Source: an uncultured Thermoplasmata archaeon (GTDB lineage Archaea > Thermoplasmatota > Thermoplasmata > RBG-16-68-12). Taken from it: a stretch of DNA of 64,000 nucleotides. This document shows, in pieces, positions 1 to 9,883 of this stretch. Each line of letters opens with the position of its first letter. Positions within the stretch are counted from its first letter, which is position 1. Below the pieces are notes generated by a model. The model was not told where the DNA came from. It ran no database searches and saw only the letters and a list, made by a program, of their open reading frames with translations. The stretch spans positions 352,001-416,000 of the forward strand of contig CAVYJM010000006.1 of assembly GCA_963768855.1 (NCBI GenBank). Direction: 5' to 3'. The translations under genes and the position numbers were made by a program.

Positions 1-728
1 TGCGCACCTCGACGCGCGCCCGTGATCGGATCGAGTTCATCCTGCGGGATCTCACGCGGAGGTACCTGCCGGGGCGGGACCTCCACCAGGGGGAGACCGC
101 CCTCGCGAAGCTCATTGCGGAGACGGAGGACCCGTTCCGGGTCCTCATCTCGACGATCCTCTCCCAGCGCACGCGGGACGAGATGACGGAGAAGGCGTCG
201 GCCCAGCTGTTCGCGAGGTACGACACCGCCGCGGCCCTTGCCGCCGCCCCGGTGGACGAGCTCGCCCGCCTCATCCACCCCGTGGGCTTCTACAACCAGA
301 AGGCCGTGCAGATTCGCAAGGTGAGCCAGGCCCTGGTCGAGCGCTACGGCGGGCGCGTCCCCCGCTCCTACGAGGAGCTCATCGAGCTCCCCCAGGTGGG
401 CCCGAAGACCGCGAACTGCGTCCTGGTGTACGGCTTCGGGGACCCGCGGATTCCCGTGGACACCCACGTCCACCGGGTCAGCAACCGCCTGGGCCTCGTG
501 ACGACGAAGACGCCGCAGGCCACGGAGCAGGTCCTCATGCGGGTCGTCCCCGAGGAGTGGTGGCTCCACGTGAACGAGCTCTTCATCCGGTTCGGGAAGG
601 ATCTCTGCCGGCCCATCGGCCCTCGGTGCGAGGCCTGCTCCTTCACGCCGTTCTGCCGCCACTACCGGACCGTCGTGTCGAAGAAGCCTCCAAGGCGCCG
701 TGCACGGCCGCGGCCATCGCGTCGATGA
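1..728 (+). CDS. nth: Endonuclease III (HhH-GPD glycosylase with 4Fe-4S cluster); start codon at or just before the window edge
   Basis: Frame open from base 3: DPFRVLISTILSQRTRDEMT, HhH motif LPQVGPKTA, VDTHVHR, C-terminal CRPIGPRCEACSFTPFC. Confidence 0.93.
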   Translation, partial: RTSTRARDRIEFILRDLTRRYLPGRDLHQGETALAKLIAETEDPFRVLISTILSQRTRDEMTEKASAQLFARYDTAAALAAAPVDELARLIHPVGFYNQKAVQIRKVSQALVERYGGRVPRSYEELIELPQVGPKTANCVLVYGFGDPRIPVDTHVHRVSNRLGLVTTKTPQATEQVLMRVVPEEWWLHVNELFIRFGKDLCRPIGPRCEACSFTPFCRHYRTVVSKKPPRRRARPRPSRR

Positions 729-1620
729 ACGCGGGGTCCGTGTTCAGGGACTCGGCCCGGTCGAAGGCCATCCCGAGCCGCTCCGCGATCCCCCTCGCCT
801 CGATGTCGAGGTCGTAAAGCAGTTCGAGGTGGTCCGAGATGAAGCCGAACGGGACGACGAGGACCGCGGTCTCCCCGACCTGGCCGAGCTCCTCGAGGAC
901 TTTCTCGAGCGGCGGTCCCAGCCACGGTTCCGGCGTCCTGCCCGCGCTCTGCCAGGCCATCCCCGACCGGAGGGGCGGGAGCCCCTTCAGGATGCGGGCC
1001 CTCGTCTCCTGCAACTCCTTCTCGTAGTCGTCGCCCTCCTCCATCAATCTCTTCGGAAGGCTGTGGGCGGTGAACAGGACCACGGGGTCGGCGTGGCCCC
1101 GTGCGGCCAGGCGAGCGAGGGCCTCCTGGATCTTCGCGACGAACGCGTCGATGAGGGCGGGCTCCGTGTTCCAGCTCTCGATCGTGGTGAGCTCCGTCGG
1201 GGCGGCCAGCTCCGCCCGGGCCTCTTGGACGGCTCGGAGATACGCTCCGACGCTCCGGCGCGAGTGGTAGGGGGTCAAGGGCAGGACGACGATCCGGTCG
1301 AGGCCATCCGACACCATCTGCGCATACACGTCCCGGATGCGCGGGGTCCAGTTCCTCATCCCCACGTAGCACCGGAACGGCCCGCCATCGCGGTTCAGGC
1401 GATCCTCGAGGGCCTTCGCCTGGGCCAACGAGATCTCGAGGAGCGGGGATTTCCCGCCGATCTTCGCGTAGCGTTCCCGGAATTCCGCCACGAGGTCGGG
1501 TGGCGTCGGCCGGCCTCCTCGGATGTCGAGCAGGAACGGGCCCACCTCGTCGAGGGAGTTCGGTCCGCCCACGGCCGTGAGCAGCACGCCGGTCGTCGCC
1601 TTCGCCTCCTGGGACGTCAT
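643..1620 (-). CDS. hemH: Ferrochelatase (HemH/CpfC)
   Basis: GGKSPL, YVGMRNWTP, LPLTPYHS, FTAHSLP, WQSAGRTPEPWLGP, PFGFISDHLELLYDLD; 3' end overlaps nth convergently by 86 bp. Confidence 0.93.
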   Translation of the reverse strand: MTSQEAKATTGVLLTAVGGPNSLDEVGPFLLDIRGGRPTPPDLVAEFRERYAKIGGKSPLLEISLAQAKALEDRLNRDGGPFRCYVGMRNWTPRIRDVYAQMVSDGLDRIVVLPLTPYHSRRSVGAYLRAVQEARAELAAPTELTTIESWNTEPALIDAFVAKIQEALARLAARGHADPVVLFTAHSLPKRLMEEGDDYEKELQETRARILKGLPPLRSGMAWQSAGRTPEPWLGPPLEKVLEELGQVGETAVLVVPFGFISDHLELLYDLDIEARGIAERLGMAFDRAESLNTDPAFIDAMAAAVHGALEASSTRRSGSGGRTA

Positions 1621-1632
1621 CGTGTCGCCTCG

Positions 1633-2655
1633 TCATTGCGCAGTCGATTCATGGACGAACGTGACGAGACCCTGGAGGTTCTCGATGGGTGTGTCGGGCA
1701 GGACGCCATGGCCGAGGTTGAAGATGTGGCCCACGCGTCCGTCCGCCCGTTTCAGGACGTCCGCGGCCCCGGTGCGCCACGTGTCGGGCGGGCCGAGGAG
1801 CGCCGCCGGATCGAGGTTCCCCTGGAGGCCTCGATCCACGCCGACCCGATGCCACGCCGCATCGAGAGGGATACGCCAGTCGATCCCGATCACGTCGCCT
1901 CCCGCGGCGGCGAAGCTCTCCAGGAATCCGGCGGTCCCGGTACCGAAGTGGATGACCGGGACGCCCATCTCGCGGAGACCCGCGAACAGCCGGCGGGTGT
2001 GCGGCAGCACGTGCGCCGCGTAGTCGTGCGGACTCAGTGCCCCGGCCCAGCTGTCGAAGACCTGCAACGCCTGAGCGCCCGCCTGGACCTGCGCCCTCAG
2101 GTAGTCCGCCATCCCATCCGCGAGGAGCCCGAGGAGCCGGCCCCACGCCTCCGGATAGCGGTAGAGGAACGTCTTCGTCGCGACGAAGTCCTTCGTGGCC
2201 CCACCCTCCAGGAGGTAGCTGGCCAGGGTGAACGGAGCGCCGCAGAAACCGATGAAGGGCACGCTGGCCTTCGCCCGGACACGGCGGATCGTCTCGAGGA
2301 CGAACGGGACGTCCCGTTCCGGGTCGAGCGGCTTCAGGCCGCCGACGTCCTCCGGGGTCCGAATGGGCCTCTCGATCACGGGACCCTCCCCCGCGGCGAT
2401 TCGCACGGGGACGCCCATCGCCTCCAGCGGGATGAGCAGGTCCGCGAACAGGATCGCAGCGTCCACGCCGAGTTCCCGCAACGGCTGGAGCGTCACCTGG
2501 GTCGCGACCTCGGGATTCTTCACCATGTCCAGGATCCCGTGCTTCTCGCGGAGGGCGCGGTAGGACGGCGAGGATCGCCCCGCCTGGCGCATGAACCAGA
2601 CGGGCGTGCGGTCCACGGGCTCCCGCCAGCACGCCCGGAGGAAGCGGTCCTTCAC
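1633..2655 (-). CDS. hemE: Uroporphyrinogen decarboxylase
   Basis: PVWFMRQAGR, DAAILFADLL, GAPFTLASY, QVFDSWAG, LQGNLDP, FNLGHG; GTG start. Confidence 0.96.
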   Translation of the reverse strand: MKDRFLRACWREPVDRTPVWFMRQAGRSSPSYRALREKHGILDMVKNPEVATQVTLQPLRELGVDAAILFADLLIPLEAMGVPVRIAAGEGPVIERPIRTPEDVGGLKPLDPERDVPFVLETIRRVRAKASVPFIGFCGAPFTLASYLLEGGATKDFVATKTFLYRYPEAWGRLLGLLADGMADYLRAQVQAGAQALQVFDSWAGALSPHDYAAHVLPHTRRLFAGLREMGVPVIHFGTGTAGFLESFAAAGGDVIGIDWRIPLDAAWHRVGVDRGLQGNLDPAALLGPPDTWRTGAADVLKRADGRVGHIFNLGHGVLPDTPIENLQGLVTFVHESTAQ

Positions 2656-3959
2656 GCGGCGGCCCCCAACTCGCGGAACGCTCCGGCAGCCGCCTCGATC
2701 GTGCGGTCGATGTCCGCCGCCGTGTGGGCCGTGGACAGGAAGGCGGTCTCGAAGGGAGCGGGCGGGAGGTACACGCCTCGACGGAGCATGGCCCAGAAGA
2801 ATCGGCCGTACGCGGTCTTGTCCATCCTCTGCGCGTCCTCCAGGTTGCGCACTGGACCATCGACGAAGAAGAGCCCCATCATGGATTCGACCCGCTGGAT
2901 CCGGATCGTGATCCCGGCATCGGCCGCCGCGTCGCGCATCCCGTCCTCGAGCCGCTTGGCGGAGGCATCGAGGCGCGTGTAGAGGGACGGCCGCACCTGC
3001 CCGAGCGCGGCGCGGCCCGCGGCCATCGCGAGCGGGTTCCCGGCGAGGGTTCCCGCCTGGTAGACGGGCCCGAGCGGGGCCACCCGCTCCATGACGTCTC
3101 GCCGGCCGCCGTACGCGGCCACGGGGAGCCCGTGGCCCAGGATCTTGCCCAGGCAGGTGAGATCCGGCCGGATGCCGAAGAGGGACTGGGCGCCGCCGGG
3201 GGCGACCCGGAATCCCGTGATGACCTCGTCGAAGATCAGGAGGGTGCCATGGGCCTGTGCGACCCGCTGGAGTCCCTCGAGGAAGCCGCGGTCCGGCGGG
3301 ACGACTCCCATGTTCCCCGCGACGGGTTCGACCAGGATGGCGGCGATCGAGTCGCCGTGCAAGGTGAAGAGCTCCTCGACGGCCTCGAGGTCGTTGTAGG
3401 GGGCCACGAGCGTGTCCTCGACGGTCCCTTCGGGCACGCCAGCGGAGCGCGGCATCCCGGTCGCGGCGATCCCCGACCCCGCTCGGACGAGGAACTGGTC
3501 CGCGTGGCCGTGGTATCCGCCCTCGAACACGAGGACGCGGTCCCGGCCCGTGAACCCCCGCGCGGCCCGCACCGCGGACATCGTGGCCTCCGTGCCGGAG
3601 TTGACGAAACGAAGGAGTTCGATGGAGGGCACGAGATCCTTCACCCGTTCCGCGAGGACGACCTCGGCCTCCGTCGCGGTCCCGAAGCTCGTGCCGCGGC
3701 CCGCGGCCTCCCGCACGGCCCGGACGACCGCGGGCTGGGCATGCCCGAGGAGGAGCGCGCCCCAGGAATTGCAGTAGTCGAGGTACGCCGTCCCGTCCAC
3801 GTCGGTGAGGCGGGACCCGCGCCCCCGCACGATGAACCGCGGCGTCCCTCCGACCGAGGCGAACGCGCGGACCGGGCTGTCGACCCCGCCGACCAGGCTC
3901 TTGCGGGCGCGGGCGAAGAGCCTCTCGGAACGCGGCGCCCTCGGAATCGGCGGGTCCAT
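2652..3959 (-). CDS. hemL: Glutamate-1-semialdehyde 2,1-aminomutase
   Basis: GGVDSPVRAF, FVNSGTEATM, FEGGYHGH, IFDEVITGFR, PLP lysine region LTCLGKILG, YQAGTLAGNP; start taken at ATG 3959 rather than the longer ORF-track start. Confidence 0.95.
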   Translation of the reverse strand: MDPPIPRAPRSERLFARARKSLVGGVDSPVRAFASVGGTPRFIVRGRGSRLTDVDGTAYLDYCNSWGALLLGHAQPAVVRAVREAAGRGTSFGTATEAEVVLAERVKDLVPSIELLRFVNSGTEATMSAVRAARGFTGRDRVLVFEGGYHGHADQFLVRAGSGIAATGMPRSAGVPEGTVEDTLVAPYNDLEAVEELFTLHGDSIAAILVEPVAGNMGVVPPDRGFLEGLQRVAQAHGTLLIFDEVITGFRVAPGGAQSLFGIRPDLTCLGKILGHGLPVAAYGGRRDVMERVAPLGPVYQAGTLAGNPLAMAAGRAALGQVRPSLYTRLDASAKRLEDGMRDAAADAGITIRIQRVESMMGLFFVDGPVRNLEDAQRMDKTAYGRFFWAMLRRGVYLPPAPFETAFLSTAHTAADIDRTIEAAAGAFRELGAAA

Positions 3960-3960
3960 C

Positions 3961-4692
3961 TCAGATCCCCAGCGCGTCGAGGAGCTGCTCCGGCGTCGAG
4001 AGCAGGCAGGTGAAAATCGGCGTCTCCCGCTCCGTGTACTTGCTCGCCTCGCTCGGCCGCAGGGCCATGATGAGGTCCAGGAAGTCGAGGGGCTCGTCCG
4101 TCTCGAAGGAGAGCATGAACTCCTGGTCGTCGAGTCCGAAGGAGTAGGCCGTATGGATCTTGACGCTCGGGAACTTGCGGCCGAGCCGGAAGTGGTCCCG
4201 CATGATTTCCTGGCGCTTCTCGAACGGGATTGCATACCATTCCCGTTTCTTCCAGAAAGGGTAGACGAACAGGTACCGCGAGCCCTTGGGGAGCGCCTTC
4301 GTGGCCGCGCGCTCCTCTGAGCCGGGGGAGGATCCGCCGAAGTACTCCGACGGACGGGTGGCGGCCAGGTACGCGTAGGAGGTTTCGAGGTAGTGCCCAA
4401 GCTCTATCGAGGCGATCCGCCGGGCCAGGTCGCGGAACGCCTCGAGGCGCGGGTCGATCGTCCAGAGCATGAGGTCCGCGTCCGCGCGGATGCCGACGAG
4501 GGAATAGGTGCGGAGAAGGATCTCGTCCTCGAGGTCATGGAGGAGCGCGGCGAACTCGGCCTTCTGCTTCTTCTTGACGTCCGCGGGCAGGAGGCGCCAC
4601 TCCGGACGGACTTTGTAGAATGTGTACTTCACGAACTCCCGGGGCTCGTCCTTGTCCCCGTGACCGTGCCGTCCCGCCTCGCCCTCAGGCAT
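3961..4692 (-). CDS. chdC: Chlorite dismutase-family protein, most likely coproheme decarboxylase (ChdC/HemQ)
   Basis: YPFWK motif with the ChdC-type Tyr, proximal His in [15 protein letters not shown]; VKIHTAYS has Ile where true chlorite dismutases have the catalytic Arg; lies inside the hem operon. Confidence 0.8.
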   Translation of the reverse strand: MPEGEAGRHGHGDKDEPREFVKYTFYKVRPEWRLLPADVKKKQKAEFAALLHDLEDEILLRTYSLVGIRADADLMLWTIDPRLEAFRDLARRIASIELGHYLETSYAYLAATRPSEYFGGSSPGSEERAATKALPKGSRYLFVYPFWKKREWYAIPFEKRQEIMRDHFRLGRKFPSVKIHTAYSFGLDDQEFMLSFETDEPLDFLDLIMALRPSEASKYTERETPIFTCLLSTPEQLLDALGI

Positions 4693-5683
4693 CGCCGTTC
4701 GACCTCCAGCGGGCGACGTCCTTCGTGTGGTACGTCAGGATGAGGTCGGCCCCCGCCCTCCGGATCGCGGTCAGCGTCTCCTCGACGACCGCCCGCTCGT
4801 CGATCCAGCCGCGCTCCGCGGCCGCCTTGATCAGGGCGTACTCCCCGCTGACCGCGTACGCGGCCAGGGGCGCGTCGAACCGCTGCCGCGCGGCGTGGAG
4901 CACGTCGAGGTACGGGAGCGCCGGCTTGACCATCACGATGTCCGCGCCCTCCTCCAGGTCCAGGGCGATCTCGCGCAGGGACTCGCGGAGGTTCGCGGGG
5001 TCTTTCTGGTAGCTGCGGCGGTCCCCGAACTGCGGGGTCGAACCGGCCGCCTCGCGGAAGGGGCCGTAGAACGCGGAGGCGTGCTTCGCCGCATACGCGA
5101 GGATGATCGTGTCTTCGAAGCCCGCGCGATCCAGGGCGGTCCGGATCGCGGCGACCTGGCCGTCCATCATCGCGCTCGGGGCGACCATGTCCGCGCCCGC
5201 CGCCGCTTGGCTGACGGCCGTGCGGGCCAAGAGCTCGAGGGAGGCGTCGTTGTCGATCCGGCCGCCCCGCACGACCCCGCAGTGCCCGTGGTCCGTGTAC
5301 TCGCAGAGGCAGACGTCCGCGAGGACGGTCAGGTCGGGGGCGGCGCGCTTCACGGCCCGAATCGCCTCCTGGACCACGCCGTCGTCCGCGTAGGCGCCCT
5401 GCGCGAGCGGATCCTTCTGGCTCGGCAGGCCGAAGAGGATGACCGCAGGGACGCCGAGGGCCGCGAGCTCCGTCGCCTCCCGCGCGACCTCCTCGACCGT
5501 GTGACGCCGGATGCCCGGGAGGGACGGGATGTCTGCGGGGATCGCGCCGTCCTCGCGAACGAACAGGGGTTGCACGAGGTGCGCGAGATCCGCGGTGGTC
5601 TCGCGGACGAGCGACCGGATCGCCGCGTTCTGTCGGAGACGCCGGAGCCGCTGCTTGGGCCGGGGGACTGAGAGGTCACTCAT
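4685..5683 (-). CDS. hemB: Porphobilinogen synthase (Zn-type)
   Basis: [49 protein letters not shown]; start ATG 5683. Confidence 0.96.
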   Translation of the reverse strand: MSDLSVPRPKQRLRRLRQNAAIRSLVRETTADLAHLVQPLFVREDGAIPADIPSLPGIRRHTVEEVAREATELAALGVPAVILFGLPSQKDPLAQGAYADDGVVQEAIRAVKRAAPDLTVLADVCLCEYTDHGHCGVVRGGRIDNDASLELLARTAVSQAAAGADMVAPSAMMDGQVAAIRTALDRAGFEDTIILAYAAKHASAFYGPFREAAGSTPQFGDRRSYQKDPANLRESLREIALDLEEGADIVMVKPALPYLDVLHAARQRFDAPLAAYAVSGEYALIKAAAERGWIDERAVVEETLTAIRRAGADLILTYHTKDVARWRSNGDA

Positions 5684-6458
5684 GGGCACGCAGCTCCACG
5701 AGACTCTTGACGAGCCCCTCGATCGTGTGGTCCTGGGCGACCACCGCAATGCGGAAGCCGAGCATCCGCGCGGCCTCTGCGGTGACCGGGCCGATGGCCG
5801 CCGCGGGCGTCCTTTCCAGGAGGCGGGAGAAATCGCCTTCCGACATCAGCGATGCCAGATTCTCCGCGGAGGAGGCGCTCGTGAACACGACGTAATCGAA
5901 GCGGGAGCCCGGCACGGGACTCGGTGTCGAAGCGGCGGGCACCGCATCGTACGCGTCGACCTGGAGGACATCCGCGCCCCGCGCCCGGAGGGCGTCCGGC
6001 AGGGATTGGCGGGAGATGCGGGACCGCGGAAGCAGGATGCGCCGGCCTCGGATGTCGCCCAACAGTCCGGCAATGGCATCCGTGACGTATTCAGTGGGGA
6101 CCGCGTCGGCCGGCAGGCCGTTCCGCTGCAGGGCGGCCCGAGTCACCGGACCGACGGCCGCGATGCGGGCGCGGGTGTTCCTCAGGTTCACATGCAACGT
6201 GCGGGCACGGTTCGCGACCGCATCGACCCCATGGGCGCTCGTGAACACGATCCAGTCGAAGGAGGACCACTGCTGGAGGGCCTCGTCGAGGGGGTGGAAA
6301 TCCGAGGGGGGATTGATCCGGACCGTGGGGAAGGGCACGACCGCGGCTCCCTGATCCTGGAGGGCGTCGCGGAGCTTCGGGACGCGGTCCTCGGAGCCCG
6401 CGACGAGGATCGTGCGTCCGGAGAGCGGCTTGTCGTCCCTGTCCTCGGTCTCGTCCAT
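5676..6458 (-). CDS. hemD: Uroporphyrinogen-III synthase
   Basis: [43 protein letters not shown]. Confidence 0.92.
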   Translation of the reverse strand: MDETEDRDDKPLSGRTILVAGSEDRVPKLRDALQDQGAAVVPFPTVRINPPSDFHPLDEALQQWSSFDWIVFTSAHGVDAVANRARTLHVNLRNTRARIAAVGPVTRAALQRNGLPADAVPTEYVTDAIAGLLGDIRGRRILLPRSRISRQSLPDALRARGADVLQVDAYDAVPAASTPSPVPGSRFDYVVFTSASSAENLASLMSEGDFSRLLERTPAAAIGPVTAEAARMLGFRIAVVAQDHTIEGLVKSLVELRAHE

Positions 6459-7381
6459 CAGATCGCCTCCCGGAGGATGTCGTCCGCGCCCCCATCTCGG
6501 AGGCGGGACGCGACCGCGTCCGCAGTCGCGCGCCAGGCGTCGACGGGCGCCTGCACGACGGCGCGGACGACGCGCTGCCCGTCCGGGGACGCCACGACGG
6601 CCTGAAGCCGCAAGCCCTGCTCCTCGATCGTCGCGAGGGCCCCGAACGGGACGTTGCAGCCGCCGCCCAGGAGGGCGCTCACGGCTCGTTCGGCGTCGGT
6701 CGTCCGGCGGGCGTGTGGATCCTCAATCGCCCGGAGGATGGAACGGATCTCCGAGTCGGCCGCCCGGCTCTCCAGGGCGAGCGCTCCCTGGCCGGGCGCC
6801 GGAGTCAGGAACTCGGGCGCGATCGGTTGGGGCTGGCGGTCCCCGAGCCCCAGGCGGGTCAGTCCCGCTCCCGCGATGACGACCGCGTCGAAGTCCTTCG
6901 CGTCGAGACGCCGCAGGCGGGTGCCCACGTTGCCACGGAGATCGACCAGACGGAGGCCGGGCCACCGGGCCTTGAGCTGGGCGCGGCGCCGGAGGCTGCT
7001 CGTGCCCACGCGCGTGCCCTCGGGCATGTGATCCAGGGAGAGCCCGTCGTTCGCGATGAGGACGTCCCGCGGGTCCGCGCGCGCCGGGACGGCCGCGATC
7101 TCGAGTCCGGGCACCAGCTCCGTCGGCACATCCTTCAGGCTGTGGACCGCGAAGTCGATCGCCCCCTCGAGGAGCGCGTCCTCGATCCGCTTCGTGAAGG
7201 CGCGCTTGCCGTCGATCGGGACGCCGAGGTCCTCGCGGCGGCCCTCGTCGCCGTGCGTGCGGATCTCCACGGTCTCGAACACGAGATGCGGGTGCGCCAC
7301 GCGGAGCAGGGTGAGGGCCTCCTCGGTCTGGGCGAGGGCCAGCGGGCTCCCTCGCGTCCCGACCCGGAGGCGGTCGCTCAT
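6458..7381 (-). CDS. hemC: Hydroxymethylbilane synthase (porphobilinogen deaminase)
   Basis: LRVGTRGSPLALAQ, AVHSLKDVP, GTSSLRR, LRGNVGTRL, PAPGQGAL, GGGCNVP; ATGA overlap with the hemA stop. Confidence 0.96.
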   Translation of the reverse strand: MSDRLRVGTRGSPLALAQTEEALTLLRVAHPHLVFETVEIRTHGDEGRREDLGVPIDGKRAFTKRIEDALLEGAIDFAVHSLKDVPTELVPGLEIAAVPARADPRDVLIANDGLSLDHMPEGTRVGTSSLRRRAQLKARWPGLRLVDLRGNVGTRLRRLDAKDFDAVVIAGAGLTRLGLGDRQPQPIAPEFLTPAPGQGALALESRAADSEIRSILRAIEDPHARRTTDAERAVSALLGGGCNVPFGALATIEEQGLRLQAVVASPDGQRVVRAVVQAPVDAWRATADAVASRLRDGGADDILREAI

Positions 7382-8664
7382 CGGGTCTCGCCCCCCAGCC
7401 CGCGCATCAGCTCCCGGAGGATCTCGGCGCGCGTGGCCTCGGGGAGGGACCGCAGGCGTTCCGTGGGACCATGGAGGAACCGGTTCACGAGGCGCGTCGC
7501 GAGCTTGTCGACGACGGCCCGGTCCGTATCGCTGAGGGCCGGGAGGCGTTCGAGCGCCTCCTCGACCTCCGTGCGGCGGATCTGTTCGACGGCCATGCGC
7601 AGGGCGGCGATGTCCTCCGTCCCGGACGGCTGGAGGGACGCGACCACGCGCCCCGCCTCGTCCCGGATCTTCGCCTCCGCGCGGGCGAGGGCGGCGGGAG
7701 GGAGCGGCTGCGCACCCCACGGCGCGAGCGCGTCGATGTCGACGAGCGTGACGCCGGGGAGCGGCCCGCAGGCCGGGTCGATGTTCCGCGGGAACCCCAG
7801 GTCGATGAGCCAGAGCGGCCGCCCGTCCCGGTGGGCGAGGGCCCGCCGGAGGCGGTGCGAAGAGACGAGGGGCTTGCGCGAGCCCGTGGCCGCGAGCACG
7901 ACGTCCGCGGTCTCCAGGATCCGGTCGAGCGCGTCGAGGCCGAGTCCCTGACCCCCGAGGTCCCGGGCCACCTCCAGGGCGCGGTTCCGGTCCCGGTTCG
8001 CGACAAGGATCCGGGACGTCCCGCGGAGGGAGGCCGCGGCGATCCGCGCCATCTTCCCCGTCCCGAGCAGGGCAACGGTGGGATGGTCGATCGGGACGGA
8101 GGTGTGGAGGAACCGGAGGGCCGCGTGGCTCGCGGACGCGTCGACCTCGTCGAGCCCCGCGAGGGAACGGATGCGGGGAGCGGCCCGCGCCGCGCGCTCG
8201 AAGACATCCGCAAGGAGACGGGATCGTTGGAGACCTTTGGGACGCTCCGAGGGCGTCCTTCTCACCTGGGCCGTGATCTGGGCCTCTCCCTGCGCCAGGG
8301 AATCGAGGCCGCTGGCGACGCGGAAGAGATGGGCGGCCGCCTCGGCGTCCCGGAGGACGTAGACGGAGGGGGAGTCCGGGCGAACCTCGAAGGCCGCGGT
8401 GATCGCCTCCAGCGCGGCCCGGGGCGTCGCGCTGACCGCGTACGCCTCGATCCGGTTGCAGGTTGCGAGGAGGGCGAGGTCCTCCCAGGGAGGCGGGGAG
8501 CCACGGCCCCGCGTCAGGCGCGCATAGGTCGCGCGTCTCAGCAGCGGCTCTCGCTGGTCGAGGGGGCAGGTGCGGTGGTTCACGCCCACGAGCAGGAGCT
8601 GTCGCGGCCCCGCCTCGGACGTCCTCCGCGTTGATGCAGGAGCCCGGTCCCCCTCGGTGCTCAT
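7378..8664 (-). CDS. hemA: Glutamyl-tRNA reductase
   Basis: GVNHRT, catalytic TCNRIE, HLFRVASGLDS..GEAQI, Rossmann GTGKMA, IDLGFPRNID. Confidence 0.93.
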   Translation of the reverse strand: MSTEGDRAPASTRRTSEAGPRQLLLVGVNHRTCPLDQREPLLRRATYARLTRGRGSPPPWEDLALLATCNRIEAYAVSATPRAALEAITAAFEVRPDSPSVYVLRDAEAAAHLFRVASGLDSLAQGEAQITAQVRRTPSERPKGLQRSRLLADVFERAARAAPRIRSLAGLDEVDASASHAALRFLHTSVPIDHPTVALLGTGKMARIAAASLRGTSRILVANRDRNRALEVARDLGGQGLGLDALDRILETADVVLAATGSRKPLVSSHRLRRALAHRDGRPLWLIDLGFPRNIDPACGPLPGVTLVDIDALAPWGAQPLPPAALARAEAKIRDEAGRVVASLQPSGTEDIAALRMAVEQIRRTEVEEALERLPALSDTDRAVVDKLATRLVNRFLHGPTERLRSLPEATRAEILRELMRGLGGETR

Positions 8665-8694
8665 GGCCTTCTGCTCCGCCGCGATTCGTGGAGG

Positions 8695-8744
8695 CTATAA
8701 GAAGCTATGCGGAAGTTATTCGCAGTCCAATGATAATTTTGGAC
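8695..8744 (-). promoter_or_regulatory. Candidate hem operon promoter (TTATAG, minus strand) with upstream inverted repeat GTCCAA-N8-TTGGAC
   Basis: TATA-like element ~30 bp before hemA ATG; perfect 6-bp inverted repeat at 8725-8744 in the divergent intergenic region. Confidence 0.45.
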
Positions 8745-8820
8745 AACCGAAATCTCGAAGCGCGGCGACGAAGGCCGGCAGGGCTACGTTGATATCGGTG
8801 CGTGCACCTCCCTGGTCCGG

Positions 8821-9882
8821 ATGGAGATCGAGCTCATCGAGCACGCGGCCCTGACGATCCCGCGCAAGGAGCGCTTCACGATCGCCCGCGGCTCCTCGGA
8901 TGTGGCGGAGACCTCCTGGGTCTTCGTCCACTCCGGCGGCCTCGTGGGCCAGGGATGCGGCGCACCGAGCGAGGTGACCCGCGAGACGCCCATGACGATG
9001 AACGAGGCCCTCCGCACCCTCGTCAAGGGCCTCAAGGGGTTCGAGTTCCACCAGCCCCACGAGATCGCGGAGCGGATGGACAAGCTCGTCCCCGGGAACC
9101 CGTCCGCGAAGGCCGCGGTGGACATCGCCGTCCACGATCTGGCGGCCCAGGTCGCGGGCCTCCCGCTCTACCGCTACCTAGGCGGCACCAAGGACCGGAT
9201 GGCGACGGACATGACGATCGGGATCATGCCGACCCTCGCTGCGGTCGAGCACGCGAAGCGGTGGACGCGCGAAGGCTTTCGCGCGCTGAAAGTGAAGGTC
9301 GGGAAGGACCCGACGCTGGACCTCGAGCGCCTCGGGGCGATCCGGAACGCGGTCGGAAGCGGCGTCGAACTGCGGATCGATGGCAACGAGGGTTTCAGCT
9401 GGGGGCAGGCCCTCTCCTTCGCTCGCGCGGCTCGCGAGCTGAACATCGCCTTCTTCGAGCAGCCCGTGCACGCCACGGACTTCGAGGGGATGCGCGTCCT
9501 GGCGGAGTCCTCCCCGATTCCGATCATGGCGGACGAGATGGTCCTCACGCCCGAGGACGCGAAGAAGATCCGTTGGAGCAACGCGGCCAAGTCCGTGAAC
9601 CTGAAACTCATGAAGCATGGCGGGATCGCGCGGACGATGGAGGTCGACACGATCTGTTCGTCCGCGGGCTACCCCACCATGGTGGGCTGCATGAGCGAGC
9701 CGCAGCTGTCGATCGCCGCCGGGCTCCACTTCGCGCTTGCATCCCCGAACGTGAAGTGGCTGGACTTGGATTCCCACTTCAACATGGCCTCCGACCCGTC
9801 GTCGGGGATCGAGTTCAAGCACGGCCACCTCGTCGCCCCGAACAAGCCCGGTCTAGGCATCGACGTGCGGTGGCCCGGCTGA
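8821..9882 (+). CDS. Enolase-superfamily dipeptide epimerase (L-Ala-D/L-Glu epimerase-like)
   Basis: ALKVKVG (KxK), RIDGNEG, FEQP, IMADE, NLKLMKHGG, MVGCMSE, DLD. Confidence 0.85.
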   Translation: MEIELIEHAALTIPRKERFTIARGSSDVAETSWVFVHSGGLVGQGCGAPSEVTRETPMTMNEALRTLVKGLKGFEFHQPHEIAERMDKLVPGNPSAKAAVDIAVHDLAAQVAGLPLYRYLGGTKDRMATDMTIGIMPTLAAVEHAKRWTREGFRALKVKVGKDPTLDLERLGAIRNAVGSGVELRIDGNEGFSWGQALSFARAARELNIAFFEQPVHATDFEGMRVLAESSPIPIMADEMVLTPEDAKKIRWSNAAKSVNLKLMKHGGIARTMEVDTICSSAGYPTMVGCMSEPQLSIAAGLHFALASPNVKWLDLDSHFNMASDPSSGIEFKHGHLVAPNKPGLGIDVRWPG

Positions 9883-9883
9883 T

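Noticed and set aside
643-728. 86-bp convergent overlap of nth and hemH as antisense regulation
   Set aside because: Both overlapping tails are low-complexity extensions beyond the folded domains; common in GC-rich genomes where stop codons are rare.
3961-4692. Chlorite dismutase (perchlorate respiration)
   Set aside because: Lacks the distal catalytic Arg and sits inside a heme biosynthesis operon; ChdC is the better call.
4993-5022. HemB reads YQKDPAN instead of the usual YQMDPAN
   Set aside because: A single substitution with the catalytic lysines and Zn ligands intact; no functional consequence can be supported.
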